DNA of 62,933 bases, counting the filler, from Octopus bimaculoides (lineage: Eukaryota): the NCBI RefSeq assembly GCF_001194135.2. It is 4 parts of 3 records of this genome, joined end to end, with 100 filler letters (N's around TTAATTAATTAA, not from the genome) between each part and the next. Parts side by side here need not be neighbours in the genome. Positions count along the whole stretch, not along the records: positions 23,593 to 40,472 come from NC_068984.1; positions 40,573 to 51,507 come from NC_068983.1; 2 more parts are not named here. One strand, 5' to 3'. The translations under genes were made by a program, and so were the position numbers. Positions 37,031 through 50,658 of the stretch are shown here, piece by piece. The notes beneath the pieces are model-generated. The model made no database searches. It was given only the letters and a program-made list of their open reading frames with translations, and was not told the DNA's origin. Position 1 is the stretch's first letter; the number at the start of each line of letters is the position of its first letter.

Positions 37031-37355
37031 AGTTTGTTTCTGTTTAATTTATTTCTTTTTATTTATGCGCTGACCATCTTCTATCTGACTGCGGGACGGT
37101 CAGAAATTTATGTTACCAACAATCAAACTAACTTATAATCAAAATTTTTTTCGGCGTTTTCATCATTGTCTGTGCAGTTTATACTGCACAAATGATGATA
37201 AAATTAGTTACTCAAGCACCTGTGAATATGTACCTAAGGACACATACATTCACGCATACACTTGCCACAAGTAAATTAGATACATCATAGTTCTAATTCA
37301 TGTAGAACTACAATTCCTTAATAACAAAAACGAACATTCCATTTTAGATGTTATA

Positions 37356-37372
37356 AATAAATAAATAAATAT
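37356..37372 (+). terminator. Candidate polyadenylation signal(s) AATAAA of the VWA gene
   Basis: (AAAT)n run about 325 nt after the stop, followed by a T-rich tract. Confidence 0.35.
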
Positions 37373-38504
37373 TATTACAACTTACAAATAAGTTCTTTTG
37401 TTGTCTATCTTTTTTCTTTTACTTACACCTATTTTTTTCTGTTTATTTTGAAAACTGAATGCTATTTACGTTGGAGTAAATTAACATGCTTAAATACATT
37501 GTTTTATGACCTCCCTCGAGTATTATAAATACGATACTGTCTACAACAAAACTGATTATTCAGTAGTGTGTGATTTTTTATATATACCTTATTGACAGGT
37601 ACTAATCGGTAATGTGGTCGCCCGCTTCATTTTAGCGAAACAGACCATCACTAGTTTCTTTGAATCTCATTTTTTGACTTTTCATTCTAAATTTAGTTTG
37701 GTGCAGCATTGAAAAGCGTGGATTTACAAAACAAGCGACAGGATCGTTATGTGATTTATTTCTGTCTCAAATTCATCTTATTTAATATCGTTTGTTATAA
37801 TATGAAATCAAATATTATTTTAGATATGTGATAGCAGATTTGCAGAATTGGTAGAGCGTCAGAGAAATACCCTGCGACATTTAGTTTTGTCTTGCTCTGC
37901 TTTTCATCGTTTTGAGGTCGATGATTTAATGATCAATCAACTACTGGGGTCAATATGATCAAAAAAGATTTGAACTTGTGTTTATGACAGAAATCTTTAT
38001 CGATATAGGTTTATAAATCATAGATTATTATAAAATAATTAATTATTACGCAGCAGTCACACGTATAAAATTTATAATCTCCCACAGATAGCAAATAATC
38101 TCATGAATACAATGGAGTAGATTCTCTCGTGTTAAAGCGTTAACCCTATTATAGCAACAGCAATGGCTCCTAGCATTGATAAAGGACATATATTTTGGGT
38201 GAATGTGAATCACTAACATAGATTGCTATATATTAGATGTGCTTATTTTATAGATTTCCGAGGGACGTAGCACCACAAGCATTTTCTTTGACGCTCTCCG
38301 TATTTCGTCATTCACTTCCCTTCGTTCCAGCGTTAATGTCACGAAACACTGTAAGGGGAGAGACAAGAGTATAAGAAGTATTGTACCAAATTAACACTCG
38401 TTCATGTATTTTGCATACGAAAAACAATGATGCTGATAACTCAAGACCTAAAATTTTGTGGGAGGAGGCTAGTCGATTACATCTGATACTTATCTATCGA
38501 GCCC

Positions 38505-38850
38505 GAAAAGATGAAAAGCAAAGTCGACCTTGGAGGAATCTGAACACAGAACGTAAAGACGGAAGAAATGCCGCTAAGCATTTTGCCCAGCCTGCTAACG
38601 ATTCTGCCAGCTCACCACTTTAATAACAATAATATTTTCTATTATAGGCACAAGGCCAACAATTTTGAGGCAATAGGACTAATTGATTATATTGACACAG
38701 AACTCAACTGATACATATTTCATCGAGTCCGAGAAGATGAAATGCAAAGTCGACCTCAGCGGAATTTGAACTCAGAAAGTAAAGACGGACGAAATGCCGC
38801 TAAACATTTTGTCTGGTGCGCTAACGAGTCTGTCCCCTCGCTACCTTAAT
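38505..38850 (-). mobile_element. Two adjacent tRNA-SINE copies (gtcgactttgcctttcatcc family), CpGs retained
   Basis: 38520-38625 and 38745-38845 are reverse complements of the 41105 head. Confidence 0.7.
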
Positions 38851-39144
38851 AATACTTGAAAGTATTACACCCTATTGTAGAATTTCATGTCGATGTTACT
38901 TCACGCTAATTGTACTTTATTATTTTAAAAGCTCACATACTGAAAAATAATGTCTGTAACAATTGGTAACTATTAATGTTGAGAACGTTATAGTATACTC
39001 CAGCAATATATGTCACCCGACATTGAAAGAAACATTTGCTTCTTTTAGACTAAGCTAGCAAAAATATTCTCAGACGGAAGGAACAGTTACCGATTCAAGT
39101 ATTGTACTTACGCCCACTTGGGAAACTAACATTTCCTTTATTCT

Positions 39145-39300
<156 letters not shown>

Positions 39301-40149
39301 AAATGCATAACTAACATTCAATCTTATTCAATGAACAAATCTTTTGACTACTGAAATACTCTTTAACCCCATTGTTGCTTAATAAATTTGTTTATGCGGA
39401 TTTATTTCGCTGAACTGGTAAATTAATATCTCTGTCTGCGATGCATGCTGTGTTTGTAGCTCTGTTAGCATTTGCTTAGCGCCAAACTCATCGTTAATCA
39501 TTGACCCTTACTGTGATGTGAGACTAGATTTGTGTCCGACAATCTACTGATTACGCCAATCTACGGTCCTTTTAAATATGTATGAAAGTAGAGTAAATTA
39601 TATTACGTGACTGTACCTTGCCTGGTAACTGCGTCACCGACTACAGAGCATCTGGCTATATATATTAGATGATATTTGAAGATCATCTCCATTGCCACAT
39701 AAAATTTCTACGATTTGCATTCTTTCAAGTAACACAAAATTTGTTGAATAGTGAAACTGTACACCCCTCCCGGTAAAAAGTGGTAGTAGCAAGCTATCAT
39801 AAATTGACCAGTAACCGATCGACAAGAGAAAGGTCGGAAGGTCGAGATACGTGGAGACTGTGTTGATAGTCGTGTCTGTGCTGATATAGTAATTATACTG
39901 TGATACTGAGGGGACATTATAACGATCCAACCTATTGAGAATAATAACACTGTACGACTGGGGGTCATACAGTGCCACATAGAACCATTCTATTGACGAC
40001 TTCAGAACATAGCAATATCTGTCAGAGCAACAACCATCGTCAAAGGATAGATACAACAGTGGCAAAAGACCGCCAAAAACAGTAGCGACGAGGAAAAACA
40101 AATTTACGTGGAGTGAAAGAAAAACATTTACACAGAGAGTTTAAACTAA

Positions 40150-40472
40150 TTCACGTCGACAACGGCGTGCAAAGCCTACAGAGACCGGATTAGTTTATTA
40201 GTTAAGAGGGCTTTAACCGGGGCAATCATCAACAACAACTGGTGGTTCGCCCTGAAGCGGGCAATTAGAGCAGAATCAATTAGGTTTAGTAAGGCTCTAG
40301 CTGTAGAACGTAAGAAAACAGAGCGGGATTTAGTTAACAAACTAGATGAGGCTCTTGGGACAGGCATCGCAACCGACGTGTTAGCAGCGAAGTTGGCCCT
40401 CGACCAATACTTTGATGCCAAGCATGAAGGCTGCGTTGTCAGAGCTAAAGCACTTTCGGTAAGCGGGGAGGG
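40150..40472 (+). mobile_element. L1/Tx1-clade LINE ORF2 fragment (post-endonuclease region), cut by the scaffold join
   Basis: Stop-free frame AYRDRISLLVKRALTGAIINNNWWFALKRAIRAESIRFSKALAVERKKTERDLVNKL...YFDAKHEGCVVRAK fits the WW..LK..IR...I.(F/Y)SK...G..VR pattern. Confidence 0.75.
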
Positions 40473-40572
40473 NNNNNNNNNNNNNNNNNNNNNNNNNNNN
40501 NNNNNNNNNNNNNNNNTTAATTAATTAANNNNNNNNNNNNNNNNNNNNNNNNNNNNNNNNNNNNNNNNNNNN
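40473..40572. other. Artificial scaffold-join spacer N44-TTAATTAATTAA-N44
   Basis: Identical to the spacer at 23493. Confidence 0.95.
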
Positions 40573-40954
40573 CACCATCACCACCATCAACATTACCACC
40601 ACCACCACCACCACCACCACCACCACCATGGCTACCACCATTGTTATTGTCATCATCACCACTGCAACATAACAGTGATTGGTATTGGTGCAGTGAACGC
40701 AGTCCATGTGGTTTGTAATGGTGATTATTGATTGAGACACTGGATTCCACTGCTCAGATCTGGTTTGTTTGTTTGTTTTTTTTGGGATACAGTTACAAGT
40801 AAGAGTTTATTTTTCAGGCGCTCTCATTCTCACGAGCACTGCTAGTTTATATTTGAAATAAAAATACTTTCTTGAATAAATATATAGAGTACAGCTGGAT
40901 GCTCCTCCAGACATGTGAAAGAAGTCTTTGTTAAGATCAATACCTTCCATGCAT

Positions 40955-41690
40955 AGAAGGCTGTGTGGTTAGGAAACTCGCTTTGCAAGGACCAGATTTC
41001 AGGTTCAGTCCCACTTCATAGCACCTTGGGCCAGTGTCTTCAACTAGAGCTCCAGACCTACCAATGCTTTGTGAGTGAATTTGGTAGATAGAAACTGTGT
41101 GAAAGGCGGCTAGCTGGCAGAAACGTTAGCACGCCGGGCGAAATGCTTAGCGGTATTTCGTCTGCCGTTACGTTCTGAGTTCAAATTCCACCGAGGTCGA
41201 CTTTGCCTTTCATCCTTCCAGGGACGATAAATTAAGTACCAGTTACGCACTGGAGTTGATGTAATCGACTTAATCCGTTTGTCTGTCCTTGTTTGTCCCC
41301 TCTATGTTTAGCCCCTTGTGGGCAATAAAGAAATAAGAAACGTTAGCACACTGGGCAAAAGGCTTAGCGGTCTGCTGTTATGTTCTGAGTTCAAATTCCG
41401 CCAAGGTCAACTTTGCCTTTCATCTCCCAGGGACGATAAATTAAGTACCAGTTACGCACTGGAATTGATATAATCGACTTAATCCGTTTGTCTGTCCTTG
41501 TTTGTCCCCTCTGTGTGTAGCCCCTTGTGGGCAATACATCATCATCATCATCATCATCGTTTAACGTCCGCTTTCCATGCTAGCATGGGTTGGACGATTT
41601 GACTGAGGACTGGTGCAACCGGATGGCTACACCAGGCTCAGAAATAAGAAACTGTGTGAAAGACCACTGTATACTAGCTGACCTCATGCT
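40955..41690 (+). mobile_element. Nested SINE composite: older SINE host, two tandem young SINEs and an antisense RTE tail, bounded by a 16-bp direct repeat
   Basis: agaaactgtgtgaaag at 41090-41105 and 41647-41662; SINE copies at about 41105-41340 and 41334-41535; RTE tail at 41536-41640. Confidence 0.75.
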
Positions 41691-42683
41691 GTTAAAAATG
41701 ACAGCTAATTGTTGTATTTTATATATAAAAGGGTACAAAAAATAGAAAAAAATATCAAACAGTGCTTCAACTCTGTGTGTGTGTGCATAAGTGCATATGT
41801 ATAGTCTGTAACGAATGTGGTTTTCTATACTTTGTCATAACCCACTTACTTCCTTTTTAAGTGTGTCTGTTTATATATATATATATATATATGTATGTGA
41901 AAAAACATGTTTGTTTGTAATTCTATTTTCTATGTATATTTCTAAATAAACATACACAAACACATATACACTCGTTCAAATATATAAATATATTTTACAC
42001 AAACACTCACAAACATACACACACAAACATTCACATTTCTTCCTTTTACATGCACATACATACACTCATAGAGTCGAAACACTGTTTGTATTTTTGCTTC
42101 ACCATTGACTTTTTACCATCCCACTTCCATCGGAGGATCACCCCTTCCTTTCTCATTCATATGTCATGTCGGAGAAATGCACAAGAGTATTATTATAGTA
42201 GATTATTATAGTAGAAGATACACAATGCTCTCTTTGCCACATCCTCTCTCTCATTGTTATTACTTTTTCTCTCTCCCTCTCAGTCATGGCTATTACTCTC
42301 ACTACTTCTCCTTCAATGAATTACAATTTCCTCTCCTCTCCCATCATCATTTACTCCTACTCCATGATTTTGGACAAGTATATATATATTTACAAATATA
42401 TAAAAACACTACACTCATTATATCATTAGGAGATGAGTGTATATTGGATGTTTGTATATATACACACACACACACACACATATTTATATATATATATATG
42501 TGTGTATGTATGTATGTATGTATTTATATTTAGCTGAAGTAATAGAGTACTTCAAGGTCCGAAAGTTTCATGATAAGTGCAAACACACGAAACTCTCGGA
42601 CCTTGTTACTGCTGTGAAATATTAATAAAAATATACACATACTCATATTTTAAGTTCTAGTTTTCCTGCTTGCATCAACATAC

Positions 42684-42732
<49 letters not shown>

Positions 42733-42734
42733 TA

Positions 42735-42860
42735 TCACCATCATTACGATCATCATTGTTTAATGTCCGTTTTCCATGATGGTATGGATTAGATGGTTTG
42801 AGCCAACAAGGCCAGGAACTGCACTAGATTCCATGCTTTGTTGGCTCAAACCATCTATAG
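42735..42860 (-). mobile_element. RTE-type 3' tail fragment
   Basis: catcattgtttaatgtccgttttccatgatggtatgg. Confidence 0.55.
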
Positions 42861-43624
42861 AGAGAATGCTGGTAAAGGGTCACCACTTTAGTGAAATTTG
42901 TTCATAGAGAGTTCCTGTGAGTGAGGTAATGATTGAAGTGTGTGTAATGAAAATATCAGAAGGCATTTTTATGCAAAATATTTCAATTTATTAAAGGATA
43001 ACAAGAGCTGACAAGTAATATGAGCGTAGCTGATGTATGTGGATGAGTCAGAGAAAGCTTTATAACTTTTGTAAAATGAATTCAGTTGGAAATCGTTATA
43101 AGCTAACAGAAACAGAAACAGAGCTGGTGGTAAATGAAAATATACTGCTCACGATATGGCAGAGTTGTGGGTTGATGGCATTCAGAAATTTGCAGAGCGA
43201 AGTTGGCATAAATGAAATAGGCTGTTCATGATGTGACCAGAGTTGAGGCCTGATATAATTCAGAGCTAGCGGTACAAAGTTAGTGTGTAAAACAAAGAGA
43301 CTGTTCCCATGCTCAGCTGCTATGTTTCTACTAACTTGTTAAACCGCACACTTCTCTTCTTGGACAGAGAACTACTTTTTGGTATTAATATGTGCTCAGC
43401 TCTGATTGGCTGGAGTTGCCATAACATAACTGTGTTACAACACGATAACAAAAACAGCTTTCCTGACTCACCACACATACAATTTATGCCTTCATGGAAA
43501 ACAGACATTAAAGGAAGAGGTTGTCTACTCTGAAAGCTGGAACTAAATGCCACTATCACGCAAGAGGTGTTCTTTATTTTCCATCTTCTGTGAAAACACT
43601 TCTGGTCATGGAGGAATTCTATCT

Positions 43625-43935
43625 AGCTTGGAAACAGGTGAGGGTTAGTGACAGAAATGGCATCCAGACATAGAAAAACCTGCCTCAACAGATTCTGTCC
43701 AACCCATGCAAGCATGGAAAAGTGAGCATTAAAATGATGATGATATTTCTTTCTACTAAAGGCACAAGGCCTGAAATTTGTGGGGAGGGGACTAGTCAAT
43801 TACATAGACCCAAGTGTTTCACTGGTACTTAATTTATCAACCTTAAAGGATGAAAGGCAAAGTTGACCTTAGTGGAATTTGAACTCAGATTGTAAAGACG
43901 GATGGAATACTGCTAAGTATTTTGCCAGCTTTAAA
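43625..43935. mobile_element. RTE tail (+, 43625-43745) followed by a tRNA-SINE (-, 43755-43935)
   Basis: aacccatgcaagcatggaaaagtgagcattaaaatgatgatg; ggatgaaaggcaaagttgacc...tttgaactcag. Confidence 0.6.
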
Positions 43936-44234
43936 ATGATGGTGATAATGATGATACAAAAGGCTTACGCACAGATTCCTTCTACCAAAGACACTTACAA
44001 GGCATTGCTCAGCCTGGGGCTAAAGCAGAAGATACCTGCCCAAGATGCTGCTCAGTGGACTGAACCCACAACTATGTGGTCGCAAATTAAACCTCATAAC
44101 CACATAGCTCTTCTTGTGCCAAGTTTAATTTCACTAAACATGTCTTCAGTTATGAGCCTGATAATTTTCCTTCAGTCCTCTTTCACATTCAGTTTTTGGT
44201 ACCTTTCTCTACCAAACATGTATATCTAAAATAA

Positions 44235-44458
44235 TTATTGATCTCAAATTTTTGCACAACGCCAGCAACTTCGAGGGAGGAGTGGTGTAAGTTGATTGCA
44301 TCAACCCCCAGTGTTGAACTGGTACTTGTTTTATCAACTGCAAAACGATGAAAGGCAAAGTTGACCTTGGTGGAATTTGAACTTGGAACATAAGGACAAG
44401 TGAAATACTGCTAAACATTTTGCCTGACATGGTAATGATTCTGCCAGCCCACCACTTT
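44235..44458 (-). mobile_element. tRNA-SINE (gtcgactttgcctttcatcc family), CpG-decayed
   Basis: gatgaaaggcaaagttgaccttggtggaatttgaacttggaacataagg...ctgccagccccacc. Confidence 0.7.
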
Positions 44459-45429
44459 TATATCTAAAGTAATTATTAACAGCAGTTCGAGGGATGTACA
44501 TCGGCCAAGTATTACCTCGTTCATATGTTACACTATACTTTAAATGATTTGCAAATGTACATTTACAAACACATTTATATCTTCACAATGGTATATCTCT
44601 GAAACAAATTATAATATATGATGCGCACATCTAAAACAATCAATAGTTAACACATTTCTTTGTCACTTTGATTTTTTCCTATTTTCATTCTTTTTTTTTT
44701 TTATATATATATTTAAACTAATTCTATAAGCACCTGAAACAAGCTCATGTATATTCCCTTCGACATATAGAAGCACTTATATTATTTACAAGAATAGATT
44801 TTTCTAGCAAATAGAAGATGACATAAGTGGCTTTAAAAAAAAAAAAAAACTATAAAGAATGACAGGTGTTTATGTGTATGTGTGTGTGTGAGTGTGTGTG
44901 GGCGTATGCATGTGTGAATGTGTGTAAGTATGTGTGTGTGTGTGTGTGTGTGTGTGAGTGCATATGTGTGTAAGTGTATGTGCATGTCTGTGTGCATATA
45001 TAAATGTGTGTGTGTGTGCATATGTGTGTAAGTGTATGTGCATGTGTGTGTGTGTGTGTGTGCATATGTGTGTAAGTATGTGTGTAAGTATGTGTGTGTG
45101 TATGTGTGTGTACGTGTGTGTGTGTACGTGTGTGTGTACGTGTGTGTGTGTATGTGGTGGGAATATCCATGGGCAAGTACCTGAAGAAGCAATTGTAAAA
45201 GGGATGCTAAAATAATCACCGCCATGTGGTAAGAAGCATTCTTGTGTATGGAACACTGAAAAACAAGGAAACAAGAGAAAAAAAAACATGTAGCTTCAAA
45301 AAGAAAACAGTTTTGAATGGGTAAATTGTTTTCTTTTTTGTTGTTGTTGTTTAACTCCTGGTCAGTTCAAAACAAGAAAAAACCCCACAATCTAGAAAGG
45401 TGGCACTGCAAACTGATCTTGGTATATTT

Positions 45430-45865
45430 CCCCCTTTTGTCTACAGCAAGAAATATAGTTCTTGGGGAGATTCAGTGTGATACAGAATGCGACAAGGCTG
45501 GTCCTTTGAATTACAGGTACAACTTACTTTTGCTAGTTGAGTGGACTGAAGTAATGTGAAATAAAGTGTCTTGTTCAAGGACACATTGCACTACCAGGAA
45601 TCAAACTCATGACCTTACAGTTGTAAGATGAATTCCCTAACCACTAAACCACGCCCCTTCACCATGATGTATAAATGATATAATTGACTGAGATCATGAC
45701 ATTCCCTCTGAATGGGATGCCAATCCATTGCAGGGTTACTCATTTACAGCTGAGTGCACAGGAGCAATATGAAAAAGTGTTTTGCTCAAGAGCACAATAT
45801 ATTGGGAATCGAAACCACAACCTTGCTATCCTGAGTGTAAGACCCTAACCACCAGGCCACATGTC
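45430..45865 (-). mobile_element. Two tRNA/CORE-like SINE copies
   Basis: aagtgtcttgttcaaggacac...cctaaccactaaaccacg and aagtgttttgctcaagagcac...cctaaccaccaggcc. Confidence 0.6.
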
Positions 45866-47914
45866 TTCTCAACAGACTATAGAGAATTTATTATATTCAA
45901 GGACATTCCTCTTACAAATTTATACAGCAGATCTTTACTACTGCAATTTAATTGAACCATGCCTCATGCATACACAGCAGCTACCTGTACGATTGTGAAT
46001 GCGAGCGAAACCCTGTAAACATTTCAGACAATAACACAATTTGAATGAGATTTAGCTACTCTTTTTACCAGGTCAGACGATCACAAAAAGCTTTGTCAAA
46101 TGTTTTGCAGATAAAGATTTTGTTTCCAACGTAAAATATTTAAACAAAGTAAACTGTATGTGAGCATATAGCCATCTGAATCAATGTAATGTCTGATTAA
46201 TGACTGAAGGTTCAAAAGTTTATTGGCATTCTAATCTGTCCACGTCAAGATCTGATCTGCTAACTTTTCAATTTACTTAAAGTGGATCTCAGCCTTATTT
46301 TACTCTTCTTATTATTACTAGCAACCTTTTTATTTGCAATGGCTACATAAAACCTACATTTGAAAGTTCCCTCAACTTTTCTGACCTCTGTTTCATTAAA
46401 TCCTCTGCCTAAACTCCACAATATAAGCAGAAGCAAAGTGTTTATTCTAAACAATTGGTGATATACTTTGTGACTGACACAACCACAAAGAATATAACAT
46501 TTTAACACTAGATCAAATCGGCCAAGGGCTATTTGTCTTTCCTTCAGCCCCACCAATATGACAGATAATGATTCCCTTCTTTCCTTGCTGTCTTTGTTCT
46601 CCACACCAGTACAATAATAACAGCAGCCAGCTATACTATAACTAACTGGCTAGCTACTATCAGCTACACACAACAAACAGTTTTTACACACATAAATCAG
46701 TTGTGATTCAAAAATATGTACATAGAGAATTTGTTATATCAGTGATAGTTTCAGACCAACAAAGCATGAGAAAGGAAAGCCTTCTCTCAGAAAAACATGA
46801 TGCAAAGACTGGGTTGAAAAGTCAGGGATCTGACTGGAGTGAAGAAGAGACAGCCCAGTGTTGAGAACAGAGGGAAAAGTCATTGATGGCCTATGCTCCA
46901 TAATGAACGAAGGGCTTAGGTAAGAAACAGTAAGTATATCATGGTAATACATCCTCTGTCAATTTTGATGATGAACATTCAGTTATTAGATCAACTGAAC
47001 TACCTCACCAATAAATTAATATGCAAGTGGCTGAGTATTTCACAGATATGTGTTCCTTTAAAGTAATCCTTGGATGGAATCAGTATGACACAATGTGTAA
47101 CAAAGCTGCACCTTTAAGATACAGATACAATCCATACAGTTTTTGTTTCCTTGGTTTCACTCAAAAGGCTTGGATGAAAAGAGACTATGGGAGCTCATAA
47201 TTACAAAGTAAACTTCTTAACCACTCAGTTATGGCTATGGTTGCACCTAGAATACATTATATGGAAATGAAGTCATGAATAATCTTCCAGCAACCTAATG
47301 TTTTATGAAATTCACCATTATCAAATTCCACTTTTCCTATTGGAGCACTGCAGAGTCTAAAAAATTAGTGTGGTTTATGTATATTTTTAGCACATTGACT
47401 ACCCTCTTTTAAGAAATATGATGCTTAATTTTTAACACCAGAGGAAAGGGAACACGAGACTGAGGGCTCCTTTTGTCATATCCCAATCAAATACAGTTTT
47501 TATTGCAGTTGGGGTAATTACTCTAAGTTTAAGAACCATTGATTGATATTATCATTCAATCAGCCAGAAAGAGTAGCCAAATATCCCTTGATTTAGGCTC
47601 TGTAATTTGAAAAGAGAGAAACACATTTGAAATCATAGCTTTTGATAAGAAATACTCAAGAAAAGAACAAGATAGTCATGGGTGGAATGCCTGTGTCTTG
47701 TATTTTTTTTGGAATTTCATTCACACCTAGGAAAACTTGTATGAATATAAATCAATGAGAGCACTTAAATACTTCATTTTATCCCTGTATTTATTTTTTT
47801 GTTAAATCTGGTACTTATTCTATTGATCTCTTTTTGCCAAACCACTAGGTTACAAGGATGTAAGCAGTGGTGGGGGACAAACACAGGCAAAAGACACATA
47901 CACCACACTCATAC

Positions 47915-48085
47915 ATATATACAATGGGCTTCTTTCAGCTTCCATCTACCAAATCCACTCACAAGACTTTGGTCAGTCTCAGGCTATAGAAGAAGATACT
48001 TGTGCAAGGTGTCACGTAGTGGGACTGAAGCCAAAACCATGTGGTTGGGAAGCAACTCCTTAACACATAGCCATGCCTGCGCCTG
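47915..48085 (-). mobile_element. SINE (ccaaatccactcacaag family), CpG-decayed
   Basis: Homologous to 62545-62612 and 7560-7735. Confidence 0.65.
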
Positions 48086-49581
48086 TCATAAGCTGAATAT
48101 CCTAATAACTAGGACATGCACCTTTATATTGGCGCAAAAAGAAAAAGAGAATGTCTTTCCTTACTTGTGTGTATTGCATCATTTATTTCCAAGCTGAAAT
48201 GCTTCCTGACTTATCAATCTTGTGTCAGGGTTGTTTGAACCAGTTAAACTTTAAATAAAGGAAATGTAATAAAAGGTTTGGGAACCATTGATGTAAAAGC
48301 TTCTTCCTTGACTCTGTGGTGAGACCAATTTCTTTTAAGGCATATTGCAGACAGTCAGCCTTTTATAGGCTGAGCATGTTAATCTGTAATGATTGGTCAT
48401 TTTACCTATCATGTGAGTTTTGAACATAGGTTGAGTCCTGTGCTGTGATTGATTGAGTATTGTTTGGGATTTGGATCAAAGGTCCAATCACATTGTGTGT
48501 AATACACTTTCAAACAACTACTCAGTAAGTGCTCTGGAGCCTACTTTTCCCATAAATTTGTGTGAGTGATTTTCATAAAGACAGGTTATACTGATTTTCT
48601 GCTACTTTTCATCAGAGAAAAATTAAAATAACAGAGCACATGTAACCAACGATGACCCAAGGTGAATTGTCCAAATGATGGATGAAATACAATCACCAGA
48701 GTTCATAATGTTTCTCACTTGGTTCACTGTACCACTTTACATAAGAATAAGGTCCTACTATTATTTTGAAGTTCATTTCTTTTGTTACTTCCAAGCATGA
48801 ACACGCAAAATATATTATATAATGAATGGTAAACAAAATTCCATAGTAAAACCAAGGGAGACTTGAAATCCACCACAAAAGCTCAATTATTTCATTATTT
48901 TTAAATTGCATTTATTAACCAGATAATCAGCCAAAAAAAAAAAATTATAATAATGTGTCATGAAAAGACTTTTTTTCCTTGTTAATTATTAACAGATGTG
49001 ACAAAAACACAAACCAGCTGTCACCAGTAAGTTTACTTAAACCAAGAATCTTAAGATTTGTTGGAAAGAAAGAAAGAAAGGACAAAAGAAAGAAAAGAAA
49101 GCTCATAATTCATTTCTATTTGTTGGTGCAAATTTGAAGTTTTTAAGTAAATCACAAAGGTAAATTATAATAATCACTTCATAAATTATGCAGTTAGATT
49201 TTTGTTATTAACATTTGTGTCAAATGTTATTTCATTATATCTGAATAGGAAATGGTATGGCTTATAACAGCCATTGTCTATGACAAAATAAACAAGAAGG
49301 CTGAAAGACGTCAAAACGGTTTTGTTTTGTTTTTTATTTTATTTTTTGCTTCTGAGTTTTTGTTGTTTTGTTTAGATTTGTCTTGGTTTATTTTTATTTT
49401 TAATTGTTTCATTTTCGATTATGTTTAAACTATTGTTTATGGTCTATACGTGTTTATATGACACTCATACCACCAATACCACTATCTCTAGTTGTTTTTT
49501 TACATACATACATATAAATAAATGTGTGTGTGTATATGTGTGTATGTGTGTGTGTGTGTGTGTGCATGTACATATGTGTGC

Positions 49582-49616
<35 letters not shown>

Positions 49617-49804
49617 CGTGTGCGTGTGAATCTATCCATCCATCTATACATACATACAAAAGACATTCAGAATATTTAAATGTCATTTGTTTTTTTTTAA
49701 ATTTGACCTTTATTTATTTATCTATTCATTTATTCATTCATTAATTCATTTAGTTAATCATTTATTTAATCATTTATTTATTTATTTATTTACTTATTTT
49801 AAAA

Positions 49805-50036
49805 TATTGGGTTGCCTGGAAAGTTCGAGCCGATTTATAGTAGCTTACCTTTCGACTTATTTGCCATGAAACCACCTCAATTCTGGGAAGAGGGTATTTT
49901 CAAGTTAAATGAAAGATAGAGACGCATTGTGCAACAAAGTCGTTCATATTTGGTTGATTAAAAATGTAATGGCAAGTATTTATTGACCTTTTTCTTTCCT
50001 TTAAAGATTGGCACAAACTTTCTGGACAACCCAATA
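49805..50036. mobile_element. Mariner-type MITE, 228 bp, TA target duplication, about 28-bp imperfect TIRs
   Basis: TA-ttgggttgcctggaaagttcgagccga ... ttggcacaaactttctggacaacccaa-TA. Confidence 0.8.
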
Positions 50037-50658
50037 TTATTTATTCAAAACCATTTTAGATTATGGACTTCTTGGAAAGTTTGTTCATCTGCTCTGTAGT
50101 GAGGTACACAAGAGCAGCTGTATTGCCAAAAGCATCTAAAGTGTCTGGATGTCCCAGTTTTTCAGGACCCTTTCCCAGTTTCCAAACAACGGTCCCAGTG
50201 TCACAAGAGGATGCTTTGGCACTCAATAATTTATTCTGGTTTTGATTTTAAATAAATTTCAAAAATAAGTTTTTTTATAAATNNNNNNNNNNNNNNNNNN
50301 NNNNNNNNNNNNNNNNNNNNNNNNNNNNNNNNNNNNNNNNNNNNNNNNNNNNNNNNNNNNNNNNNNNNNNNNNNNNNNNNNNNNNNNNNNNNNNNNNNNN
50401 NNNNNNNNNNNNNNNNNNNNNNNNNNNNNNNNNNNNNNNNNNNNNNNNNNNNNNNNNNNNNNNNNNNNNNNNNNNNNNNNNNNNNNNNNNNNNNNNNNNN
50501 NNNNNNNNNNNNNNNNNNNNNNNNNNNNNNNNNNNNNNNNNNNNNNNNNNNNNNNNNNNNNNNNNNNNNNNNNNNNNNNNNNNNNNNNNNNNNNNNNNNN
50601 NNNNNNNNNNNNNNNNNNNNNNNNNNNNNNNNNNNNNNNNNNNNNNNNNNNNNNNNNN

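Noticed and set aside
46260-46604. 114-aa minus-strand ORF (ENKDSKERRESLSVILVG...)
   Set aside because: No recognisable motif, TE signature or convincing splice pair; chance ORF not excluded.
46755-46919. Plus-strand exon-like segment (ttcag...ag|gtaaga)
   Set aside because: Stops in all three frames and no partner exons; could only be non-coding.
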